Below are positions 40,381 to 53,041 of a DNA stretch of 64,000 nucleotides, one piece after another. Where the stretch lies: assembly GCF_988243305.1 (NCBI RefSeq), contig NZ_OZ547136.1. One strand, written 5' to 3'. The notes under the pieces were generated by a model. The model saw nothing but the letters and a program-made list of their open reading frames with translations. It was not told where the DNA came from and made no database searches. Each line of letters begins with the position of its first letter. Position 1 is the first letter of the stretch. The position numbers and the translations under genes were made by a program.

Positions 40381-41780
40381 AGTTCTGGCGACCCGGTATT
40401 ACCGGCAAACTGTTTCTGGCGATTTTCGCCACCTGCATTGTCTTGCTGATCAGTATGCACTGGGCGGTGCGTATCAGTTTTGAGCGTGGCTTTATTGATT
40501 ACATCAAACACGGCAATGAACAGCGATTACAGCTGTTAAGTGATGCGCTTGGCGAGCAGTATGCGCAGCATGGCAACTGGCGCTTCCTGCGCAACAACGA
40601 TCGCTTTGTCTTTCAGATCCTGCGTTCATTTGAACACGATAATTCGGAAGATAAACCCGGCCCGGGTATGCCTCCGCACGGCTGGCGTACTCAGTTCTGG
40701 GTGATCGATCAAAACAACAAAGTGCTGGTTGGTCCGCGAGCGCCGATTCCACCTGACGGTACACGGCGACCCATTCTGGTCAACGGTGCGGAAGTGGGTG
40801 CGGTGATTGCCTCCCCTGTTGAGCGACTGACCCGCAATACTGATATCAATTTCGATAAACAACAGCGGCAAACCAGCTGGCTGATTGTCGCCCTGGCTAC
40901 GTTACTCGCGGCACTCGCCACCTTTCTGCTGGCGCGTGGTCTGTTGGCCCCGGTCAAACGGCTGGTGGACGGCACGCACAAACTGGCGGCGGGCGATTTC
41001 ACTACCCGCGTGACACCCACCAGTGAAGATGAACTGGGCAAACTGGCGCAAGACTTCAACCAGCTTGCCAGCACGCTGGAGAAAAACCAGCAAATGCGGC
41101 GCGATTTTATGGCCGATATTTCTCACGAACTGCGTACGCCATTAGCGGTGCTGCGCGGTGAACTGGAAGCCATTCAGGATGGCGTGCGTAAATTCACGCC
41201 GGAGACGGTGGCGTCTTTACAGGCGGAGGTCGGTACACTGACCAAACTGGTTGACGATCTCCATCAGTTGTCGATGTCTGATGAAGGCGCTCTCGCCTAT
41301 CAAAAAGCACCGGTAGATTTGATCCCACTGCTGGAAGTGGCGGGCGGCGCATTTCGCGAACGATTCGCCAGCCGTGGCCTGAAACTGCAATTTTCCCTGC
41401 CAGACAGTATTACCGTATTTGGCGATCGCGACCGTTTAATGCAGTTATTCAATAACTTACTGGAAAACAGCCTGCGCTACACTGACAGCGGCGGTAGCCT
41501 GAAAATCTCTGCCGAGCAGCACGACAAAACGGTGCGACTGACCTTTGCCGACAGCGCGCCGGGCGTCAGTGACGATCAGCTACAAAAATTGTTTGAACGT
41601 TTTTATCGCACCGAAGGTTCCCGCAACCGAGCCAGCGGCGGTTCCGGGCTGGGGCTGGCGATTTGCCTGAACATTGTTGAAGCACATAATGGTCGCATTA
41701 TTGCTGCCCATTCGCCTTTTGGCGGGGTAAGCATTACAGTAGAGTTACCGCTGGAACGGGATTTACAGAGAGAAGTATGA
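40377..41780 (+). CDS. baeS: Envelope-stress sensor histidine kinase BaeS
   Basis: 467-aa ORF with TM segments, H-box ISHELRTPL and an ATPase G-box (GSGLGLAI); 4-nt overlap with mdtD. Confidence 0.92.
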
Positions 41781-42499
41781 CCGAGTTACCAATCGACGAA
41801 AACACACCGCGTATTTTGATCGTGGAAGATGAACCGAAGCTGGGGCAGTTACTCATTGATTATCTGCGTGCTGCGAGCTATGCGCCAACGTTGATTAGCC
41901 ACGGCGATCAGGTACTGCCATATGTACGCCAGACACCACCGGATCTGATTCTGTTGGATCTTATGCTTCCTGGCACCGATGGCCTGACGCTGTGCCGGGA
42001 GATTCGTCGTTTTTCTGACATTCCGATCGTGATGGTGACAGCAAAAATCGAAGAGATCGACCGCCTGCTGGGGCTGGAAATTGGCGCAGATGACTACATC
42101 TGCAAACCGTACAGCCCACGGGAAGTGGTAGCGCGCGTCAAAACCATTTTGCGCCGTTGCAAACCGCAACGCGAACTTCAGCAACAGGATGCCGAAAGCC
42201 CGTTGATTATCGACGAAGGTCGTTTTCAGGCTTCATGGCGCGGTAAAATGCTTGACCTGACGCCTGCGGAATTTCGTCTGTTGAAAACGCTCTCTCATGA
42301 ACCAGGAAAAGTGTTCTCCCGCGAGCAATTGCTCAATCATCTTTATGACGACTACCGCGTAGTAACCGACCGCACCATCGACAGCCACATTAAAAACCTG
42401 CGTCGCAAGCTGGAATCTCTCGACGCCGAACAGTCCTTTATCCGTGCCGTTTACGGCGTCGGTTACCGCTGGGAAGCCGACGCCTGCCGCATCGTTTAA
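41777..42499 (+). CDS. baeR: OmpR-family response regulator BaeR
   Basis: 240-aa ORF with a receiver domain (ILIVEDEP...[11 protein letters not shown]) and a winged-helix C-terminus; overlaps the baeS stop. Confidence 0.93.
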
Positions 42500-42678
42500 C
42501 ATTTTTTCCTGCCGGAGAAGGCATTCACGCCGCATCCGGCAACATTATCCCACGCATGGTCAGCAAACTGACATTATCTCTCCGCCCTGGCAACCGCCTG
42601 AAAATCGCTCATACTTTAATCGGTAAACAGTTCTTTTAGATGCTGTTTTCGATACGCAATTTCAATCAAGGAGTCATT

Positions 42679-43011
42679 ATGGCTGGTTGGTTTGAACTCA
42701 GTAAGAGCAGTGATAATCAGTTCCGGTTTGTGCTAAAAGCGGGCAATGGTGAGACTATCCTCACCAGCGAGCTATATACCTCAAAAGCCTCTGCGGAAAA
42801 GGGTATCGCGTCGGTGCGTAGCAACAGCCCGCAAGAAGAACGCTATGAGAAAAAAACGGCAAGCAACGGCAAATTCTATTTCAATCTGAAAGCCGCCAAT
42901 CATCAAATTATCGGCTCCAGCCAGATGTACGCCACCGCGCAATCTCGTGAAACCGGAATTGCCTCCGTTAAAGCCAATGGCACAAGCCAGACGGTGAAAG
43001 ACAATACGTAA
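42679..43011 (+). CDS. yegP: UPF0339/DUF1508 family protein YegP (two internal repeats)
   Basis: ORF track start is upstream; I start at MAGWFELSKSSDNQFRFVLKAGNGETI (110 aa, ATG 42679), preceded by RBS aggagt. The two halves are homologous (FRFVLKAGNGETILTSELYTSKASAEKGIASVRSN vs FYFNLKAANHQIIGSSQMYATAQSRETGIASVKAN). Confidence 0.82.
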   Translation: MAGWFELSKSSDNQFRFVLKAGNGETILTSELYTSKASAEKGIASVRSNSPQEERYEKKTASNGKFYFNLKAANHQIIGSSQMYATAQSRETGIASVKANGTSQTVKDNT

Positions 43012-43158
43012 TTACGATGCCGGGCGTGGGTTGTTGGCGTCCGGCGCTTTACCAGCTCCCCCCTACAGCGCTACAATGCCCGCCCTTAAAGTGGGGGCAC
43101 TCCCCTGGCCGCTTCATCAGGTGAAGCGGATCTGACCTGTCATCAGAACGAGAGAATT

Positions 43159-44520
43159 ATGTTTAAACCGGAACTCCTTTCCCCGGCGGGAACGCTGAAA
43201 AATATGCGTTACGCTTTCGCTTATGGCGCAGATGCTGTTTATGCGGGCCAGCCGCGTTACTCCCTGCGTGTGCGCAACAACGAATTTAACCACGAAAATC
43301 TTCAGCTCGGCATCAATGAAGCCCACGCGCTGGGGAAAAAGTTTTATGTCGTGGTCAACATTGCACCGCACAACGCCAAGCTGAAAACCTTTATCCGTGA
43401 CCTGAAACCGGTGGTGGAAATGGGGCCGGATGCGCTGATTATGTCCGATCCGGGGCTGATTATGCTGGTGCGCGAGCACTTCCCTGAAATGCCGATCCAT
43501 CTCTCAGTACAGGCTAACGCCGTGAACTGGGCGACGGTGAAATTCTGGCAGCAAATGGGTCTGACCCGCGTGATCCTCTCTCGCGAACTGTCACTGGAAG
43601 AGATTGAAGAGATCCGCAATCAGGTGCCAGATATGGAGATCGAAATCTTCGTTCACGGCGCGCTGTGCATGGCCTACTCCGGTCGCTGCCTGCTCTCTGG
43701 CTATATCAACAAGCGCGACCCGAACCAGGGCACCTGCACCAACGCCTGCCGCTGGGAGTACAACGTCCAGGAAGGGAAAGAAGATGACGTTGGCAACATC
43801 GTGCACAAGTACGAGCCGATTCCGGTGCAAAATGTTGAGCCGACGCTGGGTATCGGCGCACCAACTGACAAAGTGTTTATGATCGAAGAAGCCCAGCGTC
43901 CGGGCGAGTATATGACCGCGTTTGAAGATGAGCACGGCACTTACATCATGAACTCGAAAGATCTGCGCGCTATCGCCCACGTTGAACGCCTGACCAAAAT
44001 GGGCGTGCATTCGCTGAAAATCGAAGGCCGTACTAAATCTTTCTACTATTGCGCACGCACCGCACAGGTTTACCGTAAAGCTATCGATGACGCCGCTGCG
44101 GGCAAACCGTTCGATACCAGCCTGCTGGAAACTCTGGAAGGTCTGGCGCATCGTGGCTATACCGAAGGTTTCCTGCGTCGTCATACTCACGACGATTATC
44201 AGAACTACGAATACGGTTATTCAGTTTCTGACCGCCAGCAGTTTGTTGGTGAGTTTACCGGTGAGCGCAAGGGCGACCTCGCGGCGGTAGCGGTGAAAAA
44301 TAAATTCTCCGTTGGCGACAGCCTTGAGCTGATGACGCCGCAAGGGAACATTAACTTTACCCTTGAGCAGATGGAAAACGCCAAAGGCGAAGCAATGCCG
44401 GTCGCACCGGGCGATGGTTATACTGTGTGGATCCCGGTCCCGCAGGATCTTGAGCTAAATTACGCGCTGCTGATGCGTAATTTCTCCGGGGAAACCACGC
44501 GTAACCCACACGGTAAGTGA
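43159..44520 (+). CDS. yegQ: Peptidase U32-family protein YegQ (TrhP; associated with tRNA ho5U34 hydroxylation)
   Basis: 453-aa ORF MFKPELLSPAGTLKNMRYAFAYGADAVYAGQPRYSLR, a typical U32 N-terminus. Confidence 0.88.
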   Translation: MFKPELLSPAGTLKNMRYAFAYGADAVYAGQPRYSLRVRNNEFNHENLQLGINEAHALGKKFYVVVNIAPHNAKLKTFIRDLKPVVEMGPDALIMSDPGLIMLVREHFPEMPIHLSVQANAVNWATVKFWQQMGLTRVILSRELSLEEIEEIRNQVPDMEIEIFVHGALCMAYSGRCLLSGYINKRDPNQGTCTNACRWEYNVQEGKEDDVGNIVHKYEPIPVQNVEPTLGIGAPTDKVFMIEEAQRPGEYMTAFEDEHGTYIMNSKDLRAIAHVERLTKMGVHSLKIEGRTKSFYYCARTAQVYRKAIDDAAAGKPFDTSLLETLEGLAHRGYTEGFLRRHTHDDYQNYEYGYSVSDRQQFVGEFTGERKGDLAAVAVKNKFSVGDSLELMTPQGNINFTLEQMENAKGEAMPVAPGDGYTVWIPVPQDLELNYALLMRNFSGETTRNPHGK

Positions 44521-44604
44521 TTAATTTCGATTATTTTTCCCGGATGGAAAATTCTTAGAAACCGATCACATACAGCTGCATTTATTAAGGTTATCATCCG
44601 TTTC

Positions 44605-44691
44605 GCTGAAAAACATAACCCATAAAATGCTAGCTGTACCAGGAACCACCTCCTTAGCCTGTGTAATCTCCCTTACACGGGCTTATTTTTT
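44605..44691 (+). ncRNA. cyaR: CyaR (RyeE) Hfq-dependent, CRP-activated sRNA
   Basis: GCTGAAAAACATAACCCATAAAATGCTAGCTGTACCAGGAACCACCTCCTTAGCCTGTGTAATCTCCCTTACACGGGCTTATTTTTT read on the plus strand matches my recollection of E. coli CyaR, including the terminator hairpin and U-tract. Confidence 0.8.
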
Positions 44692-44849
44692 ATGCATAGG
44701 CCCTATCCCTGGTCACCGTCTTCCATTGACCACATCGATAGAATCTCCCTTCATAGCACGATGCCTTTCACGTAACGGCATCGTGCTCGCACTAGTTCCG
44801 GCTAAGCACAACCAGAACGCGCATGTTTGACGCTTACCAAAAAATATTC

Positions 44850-45167
44850 TCACTCTCCACATTTGAATGTCAGACGAGCGACGCCATGTAATCCTGCACC
44901 TTCTGTCTTCAGGTCAACTATCTGCATTTTTTTGCCCTGAGTAACACAGAAATGAGCTGCATCATTTTTTACTATATTTTCTGCACCAGATATTCTGCCC
45001 CTGGCTAAAGAAGCTTCGGCTTCGGTGTAGTATTGGTTATCGAGTTTACGCTGAATATTACTTTTATATGCAAGACCAAATTTACCGATACTTGTCTCAT
45101 CATTATGTACAGCACACCCAGACATAAGAAAAACACTAATTAATGATATAGCAGCTATCTTTTTCAT
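44850..45167 (-). CDS. yegR: Small lipoprotein YegR
   Basis: Track ORF 125 aa; I start at MKKIAAISLISVFLMSGCAVHN (105 aa, ATG 45165-45167), which carries a lipobox. Confidence 0.8.
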   Translation of the reverse strand: MKKIAAISLISVFLMSGCAVHNDETSIGKFGLAYKSNIQRKLDNQYYTEAEASLARGRISGAENIVKNDAAHFCVTQGKKMQIVDLKTEGAGLHGVARLTFKCGE

Positions 45168-45581
45168 CTTACCTTCCCCCATTAAATACCAACGACACGC
45201 TCTGGTGTTAAAATATAATAATGGCATGATTATTATAATTGAATAGGATTATAATAAATGTTCTGTACAACATTTCCTACATAAGTAGGAATTACAAACA
45301 TGAAGCCCTGCCCAGGTATCCCCATGAGGGCTTTAATATATTTAGAATAAGATAGTGAAGATGCCACTGTTTAGTTGAATATTAGGTATATGCTCTTTTT
45401 TGAAATTTACCGGTGGCTACCGTTAACATTCACTGTCCCCATTGCAAGCTCCTGGTGGTAACCACTGAATCCTCCATACTTGAACTGACTTTTTATCCTC
45501 CGACTTTCATCCTGTTCTGACTCCACCTTTTCTTTTCTGCTCTACACTATCTACAGACCAATCATAAAGGCACATACGATC

Positions 45582-46481
45582 ATGGCAGAATTTCCCGCCA
45601 GCTTACTGATTCTTAATGGCAAAAGTACTGACAATTTACCATTGCGCGAAGCAATTATGCTGTTGCGTGAGGAAGGAATGACGATCCATGTGCGGGTCAC
45701 CTGGGAGAAAGGCGATGCCGCACGATATGTAGAGGAGGCCCGGAAGTTGGGCGTCGCAACGGTGATTGCCGGTGGTGGCGATGGCACCATTAATGAAGTT
45801 TCTACGGCGTTGATTCAGTGTGAGGGGGATGACATACCCGCGCTGGGAATTTTGCCATTAGGAACCGCCAATGATTTTGCCACCAGTGTAGGGATTCCTG
45901 AGGCACTGGATAAGGCGCTGAAACTGGCAATTGCCGGTAACGCCATTGCGATAGATATGGCGCAGGTCAACAAACAAACCTGTTTTATTAATATGGCGAC
46001 AGGCGGGTTTGGGACGCGTATTACCACAGAAACGCCGGAAAAATTAAAAGCCGCGCTGGGTGGCGTCTCTTACATCATTCATGGCTTAATGCGCATGGAC
46101 ACTCTGCAACCGGACCGTTGTGAGATCCGCGGTGAAAACTTTCACTGGCAAGGTGACGCCCTGGTCATTGGTATTGGTAACGGGCGTCAGGCCGGTGGCG
46201 GTCAACAATTGTGCCCGAACGCGTTAATTAACGATGGCTTGCTGCAACTGCGCATTTTTACCGGCGATGAAATTCTTCCGGCTCTCGTATCAACCTTAAA
46301 ATCTGACGAAGATAACCCGAATATTATCGAAGGCGCTTCGTCGTGGTTTGATATACAAGCCCCACACGAAATCACTTTTAATCTTGATGGCGAACCGTTG
46401 AGCGGACAAAACTTTCATATTGAAATACTTCCGGCGGCGTTGCGTTGTCGATTACCACCGGATTGTCCATTATTGCGTTAA
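45582..46481 (+). CDS. yegS: Lipid kinase YegS (diacylglycerol-kinase-like catalytic domain)
   Basis: 299-aa [21 protein letters not shown]...GGDGTINEV, a DAGK_cat signature. Confidence 0.9.
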   Translation: MAEFPASLLILNGKSTDNLPLREAIMLLREEGMTIHVRVTWEKGDAARYVEEARKLGVATVIAGGGDGTINEVSTALIQCEGDDIPALGILPLGTANDFATSVGIPEALDKALKLAIAGNAIAIDMAQVNKQTCFINMATGGFGTRITTETPEKLKAALGGVSYIIHGLMRMDTLQPDRCEIRGENFHWQGDALVIGIGNGRQAGGGQQLCPNALINDGLLQLRIFTGDEILPALVSTLKSDEDNPNIIEGASSWFDIQAPHEITFNLDGEPLSGQNFHIEILPAALRCRLPPDCPLLR

Positions 46482-46519
46482 TCAAACTATTCTCTCTTGA
46501 ACCAGGGAGAAACAGTTAT

Positions 46520-46553
46520 GCCGGATGCGGTATAAACACCTTATCCGGCCTAC
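46520..46553. repeat. REP element between yegS and gatR
   Basis: gccggatgcggtataaacaccttatccggcctac palindrome. Confidence 0.65.
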
Positions 46554-46562
46554 TGAACAATA

Positions 46563-47342
46563 CTACACCGTAATTAATTTCACCCGTGTCTTCTGCAATG
46601 CCAGTTTATCCACCTCTGACACGGCATCATCGGTAATAATAATGTCGATTTTTTCGATTGGCAGTACCTGATTAAAACCGCGACGATTAAATTTCGATGA
46701 ATCGAGAACGGCAATCACTTTATTTGCGGCTGTGACCATCGCCCCGCTAATCGAATAACCTTCATTAAAGGTCGTAATACCATTAACCGCATCAATACCA
46801 TCAGCACCGACAAACATTAAATCGGCATTAATATCCTGCAATGAACGCTCGGCAATGGAACCATGCATCGAGCGTGTTTTATGGCGGACGGTCCCACCAC
46901 AGACGACCAGAGTAATGTCTTTATTTTCGGAAAGGGCAAACGCCGCCGGGAGACTGTTGGTAATCACCGTGATATTTTTGGCGGTCATTAAACCTTCGGC
47001 GATAAGCATTGTGGTACTTCCGCTGTCGAGAATAACGGTCATCCCTTCGTGGATCATTTTGACTGCCGCCTGCGCTATTCTGTTTTTTGGCGCACTGGCG
47101 AGCTGAAATCGCTCTTTAAACCCAACTTCCTGGGTCTCGGTTTCACTATTACCGGACATTATTTTCGCCGCACCGCCATGAAAGCGCGTAACTACGCCTT
47201 TTTGTTCGAGAAAGCGCAAATCGGCACGGATTGTCGCTTCCGAGGCAGCAAATACTCCCGCCAGATCCTGAACAAGCACGGTTCCCTGTTCATTCACTAA
47301 TTGGATGATCTTATTCCTTCGCTCGAATGAATTCATCGTCAT
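46563..47342 (-). CDS. gatR: DeoR-family transcriptional repressor of the galactitol operon (intact)
   Basis: 259-aa uninterrupted ORF MTMNSFERRNKIIQLVNEQGTVLVQDLAGVFAASEATIRADLRFLEQKGVV (DeoR HTH) plus a C-terminal sugar-binding domain. Confidence 0.88.
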   Translation of the reverse strand: MTMNSFERRNKIIQLVNEQGTVLVQDLAGVFAASEATIRADLRFLEQKGVVTRFHGGAAKIMSGNSETETQEVGFKERFQLASAPKNRIAQAAVKMIHEGMTVILDSGSTTMLIAEGLMTAKNITVITNSLPAAFALSENKDITLVVCGGTVRHKTRSMHGSIAERSLQDINADLMFVGADGIDAVNGITTFNEGYSISGAMVTAANKVIAVLDSSKFNRRGFNQVLPIEKIDIIITDDAVSEVDKLALQKTRVKLITV

Positions 47343-47441
47343 TTACCCATATTCAATTGTGGCTAGTGTAAACGAAGGGGGACCATTGGTGAATGATCTG
47401 TTTTGCACAATACCGGGCCAGCATCACGCTGGCCCGCGGTT

Positions 47442-48482
47442 TCAGGGAATGAGCAACACTTTGCCCGGCATAGCATTACGAGCGATGTCACGCACCGCCT
47501 GGGCGAAGCTTTCAAAGCTTCCACGGTGAGCGATTAATGGCTCCAGGCTTAACTTACGTTCTGTCAGCAACCGGCTCGCCGTTTCCCACTCCTGCCCCGG
47601 CCAAGGGCTGGAGTAGTTCATCCAGCTGCCGATAACCGTCAGCTCTTTACGCAATATTTTGCCAAACGTTGCCGATGTTAAATGCAGATCCTGATGCAAC
47701 GTGCCCACCAGCGCCAGCTGGGCATGAGGCCCGGCAATCTCTACCGCCAGTTCGACGGTTTGCGGGACGCCAGCCGTCTCGAGGATAAGCTGATTAAAGC
47801 GCAGTTCGCGTAAAACGCTCTGCATTTGCGGCGCGCTCATTTCGCTACTGTTAAATGTTTGCATCGCACCGAAAGATTTTGCCAGTGCCAGTTTTTCTGA
47901 GCTAATGTCGATAGCCGTCACACTCTTTGCTCCCAGCGCGACAGCGCACTGAATTGCCAGCAGGCCAATGGTTCCGGCACCAATAATAATAACGTTTTTA
48001 TTCTCACAACCTTGCGCTAAATGAAAAGCATGCAGGCCAACGGTAATCGGTTCAATAAAAGCCCCATCCTCAATAGGCATATCCGTGGGTAGAGCAAAGA
48101 CATTTTTTCGCTTAACGACAATATATTCAGCAAATCCACCATCACGCCGCGAGCCAATAAAATCATATTTTGCGCACTGGGAATAAAACCCTTTCAAACA
48201 CTCTGGACAAGTAAAACAGGGTAATAACGGCACACAGGCAACCGCATCGCCAGGGTGTAAATCATCAACACCGGATCCCACCGCATCAATATAGCCGCTA
48301 AATTCATGGCCTAACGTTATTGGATAATAATGTGCACCATTTTTAAATATCCTGGGTAAATCGGAACCACATAAGCCCGAGCTGGTAATTTTTACCCGTA
48401 CCTCATCCTGATGTTTAATTTCAGGAATGACGCTTTCTGCAACGCGCACGATACCATCAGTATCATTCACCACTGATTTCAT
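47442..48482 (-). CDS. gatD: Galactitol-1-phosphate 5-dehydrogenase (Zn-dependent MDR family)
   Basis: 346-aa ORF with MDR zinc-ligand motifs (GHEFSG, CxxCxxC) and a Rossmann GAGTIG motif. Confidence 0.92.
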   Translation of the reverse strand: MKSVVNDTDGIVRVAESVIPEIKHQDEVRVKITSSGLCGSDLPRIFKNGAHYYPITLGHEFSGYIDAVGSGVDDLHPGDAVACVPLLPCFTCPECLKGFYSQCAKYDFIGSRRDGGFAEYIVVKRKNVFALPTDMPIEDGAFIEPITVGLHAFHLAQGCENKNVIIIGAGTIGLLAIQCAVALGAKSVTAIDISSEKLALAKSFGAMQTFNSSEMSAPQMQSVLRELRFNQLILETAGVPQTVELAVEIAGPHAQLALVGTLHQDLHLTSATFGKILRKELTVIGSWMNYSSPWPGQEWETASRLLTERKLSLEPLIAHRGSFESFAQAVRDIARNAMPGKVLLIP

Positions 48483-48529
48483 AAAAACTCCTGATTGTTA
48501 AGGGGGATTACCTCCCCCTCAGGTAAAAA

Positions 48530-49885
48530 TTATTCTGCGAGAACGGCTTTCTCTTGTTTAATAAAACCACGCGCTCTACGCCAGGTCATGAAAATACCGG
48601 TCAGATAAATTGCGCCGATAATAATGAAACCGGGAATATTTTGCGGGGAGAAAACCTGAATCAGTAACCAGGTAATGGGAGAACCGCCCTGATCCATTGA
48701 AGCCACCATACCCCCGGCTTTTAACGCCCCAGCATTAGCCGCCAGTTGGGTGTGCAAACCAATAGTTTGCGTCGCGATCCACAGGGTGATGCTCATAATG
48801 ATGACACCCGAGATTAAGGTGCGGAACAGATTTCCACGATGCACGGCAACTGCCATCGCCACAAAGAAGCCGATAGTTGCAAGATCGCCAAACGGCAGCA
48901 CCTGATTACCCGGCACACAAACAGCAATTAAAATGGTGAGCGGGATAAAAATCAGGCTTGCCGATACCACCGCCGTATGCCCCAGCAGCAACGCCGGATC
49001 AAGGCCAATCAGGAACTCCTGACCGCCGAACTTCGCCTGTAAACGACTACGGGCCTGCTTAGCGATGGGCGTTAAACCATCCATGATGGGTTTAATCACC
49101 CGTGGCATCAGCAGCATCACCGCCGCCGTTTTTACCGCCAGCTGCAATACACCTTTGACATCGTAACCCGCGAGGATGCCGATAATCAGCCCCATCACAA
49201 AACCCACGGTGACAGGCTCGCCAAACGGACCAAATTTGCGCTGAATATCGTCGGCGCTAAATTTAATACGGTTAACGCCTGGGATTTTCTCGATGATAGC
49301 ATCCACCAGCACCGCAATTGGCCCCAGATACGCCGACGTACCGTGCGGAATAGCAATGCCTTCCAGCTCAAAGAAATTTCGGGTATCGCGGGCAAACCAG
49401 TCGCCGAGCTTATAAACAAACGCCGCGTGAATTACCACACCCGCCATCCCTATCATCCATGAACCGGTTGCCAGATGCAGCAACGCGCCGGTGAAGGTCA
49501 TATGCCAGATATTCCAGATATCAACATTTACCACCCGCGTCATACGGGTCAGTAGCATCGCCACGTTAACCAGAATCGCAATCGGAATCGCCACCAGCGC
49601 AATTTGCGACGCCCAGGTCATTGGTGAAGAGCCCGGCCAACCGACATCGACCACATGCAGATTCAGGTCGAAATTTTCCGCCATCGCTTTCGCCGCCGGG
49701 CCAATGGAATCCAGCATTAAGCCAATCACAAGGCCAATGCCAACAAAGCCAATCCCGATATGCAGACCTGCTTTAAAGCAATCGCCTGCCTTCATGCCTA
49801 ATATTTTAGAAAAAATAATGATGACAATCGGTAGCATCACCGTAGGGCCGAGGTCGAGAATATAACGCATGACTTCTGAAAACAT
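48530..49885 (-). CDS. gatC: PTS galactitol-specific EIIC component
   Basis: 451-aa polytopic membrane ORF within the gat operon. Confidence 0.92.
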   Translation of the reverse strand: MFSEVMRYILDLGPTVMLPIVIIIFSKILGMKAGDCFKAGLHIGIGFVGIGLVIGLMLDSIGPAAKAMAENFDLNLHVVDVGWPGSSPMTWASQIALVAIPIAILVNVAMLLTRMTRVVNVDIWNIWHMTFTGALLHLATGSWMIGMAGVVIHAAFVYKLGDWFARDTRNFFELEGIAIPHGTSAYLGPIAVLVDAIIEKIPGVNRIKFSADDIQRKFGPFGEPVTVGFVMGLIIGILAGYDVKGVLQLAVKTAAVMLLMPRVIKPIMDGLTPIAKQARSRLQAKFGGQEFLIGLDPALLLGHTAVVSASLIFIPLTILIAVCVPGNQVLPFGDLATIGFFVAMAVAVHRGNLFRTLISGVIIMSITLWIATQTIGLHTQLAANAGALKAGGMVASMDQGGSPITWLLIQVFSPQNIPGFIIIGAIYLTGIFMTWRRARGFIKQEKAVLAE

Positions 49886-49888
49886 AGG

Positions 49889-50173
49889 TCACCCCTGTAA
49901 GATAGTCAGAATTTTATTTTGTAATGCTTCGATACCGACACCAGAAACAAAAGGCATGCCGTGAACTAACGGAATATCGCCAAAACTACGGTCAACTTTG
50001 GCGGTAGTACATATCAAATGCACGCCATCCATATAGGTTTCTATTTCATTAACCCGACACTGGATTAATTCAACAGGAATATTATGACTCTGACACAACT
50101 CTTTAATTTCTTCCGCCGCCATCGTAGAGGTCGCAACCGCGCCTCCGCAAGCGACAATAATCTTGCGTTTCAT
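49889..50173 (-). CDS. gatB: PTS galactitol-specific EIIB component
   Basis: 94-aa [26 protein letters not shown], with the EIIB active-site Cys region. Confidence 0.92.
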   Translation of the reverse strand: MKRKIIVACGGAVATSTMAAEEIKELCQSHNIPVELIQCRVNEIETYMDGVHLICTTAKVDRSFGDIPLVHGMPFVSGVGIEALQNKILTILQG

Positions 50174-50203
50174 AAATAGTCCTTTTTATTGTTACAGAGG
50201 GAT

Positions 50204-50656
50204 TTATTCGTCTGAATCTAAAACATACTTTGTGAAGTATTCCTTTAACTGGGTTTCAGGAAGAGTGATTAGTGTCTCGACGATATCGGGCTGTTGTAAC
50301 TTGCCAAATAAACAGCGTAAAAGTTTCAATTGCTGCTGCGGATTTTCCACAATCAACGCAATAACCAACGATACCGCCACGTCATTATCATCATCCGCTT
50401 GCTGAAAATGAACTTTATTTGTTGGCCTTAACAGATAAATGGCTGACGACTTAGCATGAATCGCCTCACAATGCGGTATTGCGATGGCGTGCTGCTCAAG
50501 CATTATCCCGGTAGGGAATTCTGCTTCTCTGGCAATTAATGCCTGTGGCCAGGTATCATGAACCACACCTTTCGCGAGCATCTCATTACCGATATGGGTT
50601 AAAACTTCGCTACGATCGGCAAAAGAAATTCCGCTACGAACAAACAGGTTAGTCAT
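50204..50656 (-). CDS. gatA: PTS galactitol-specific EIIA component
   Basis: 150-aa ORF; operon position between gatZ and gatB. Confidence 0.9.
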   Translation of the reverse strand: MTNLFVRSGISFADRSEVLTHIGNEMLAKGVVHDTWPQALIAREAEFPTGIMLEQHAIAIPHCEAIHAKSSAIYLLRPTNKVHFQQADDDNDVAVSLVIALIVENPQQQLKLLRCLFGKLQQPDIVETLITLPETQLKEYFTKYVLDSDE

Positions 50657-50665
50657 ATACCATCC

Positions 50666-52865
<2,200 letters not shown>

Positions 52866-53041
52866 TTAAATGTCGAGATAACGATCACAAAAACGACAAT
52901 ATGAAAATTGTTCGAGGAGTGAAAGGCAAAAAAAACGGCCTCCCGATAGGGAAGCCGTAGCAAAGTGCGCGTGTTTTTATGCCGGATGCGACGTAAACGC
53001 CTTTTCCGTCATACGTGGTAGTGCTGTTCGTATAAGGCGTA

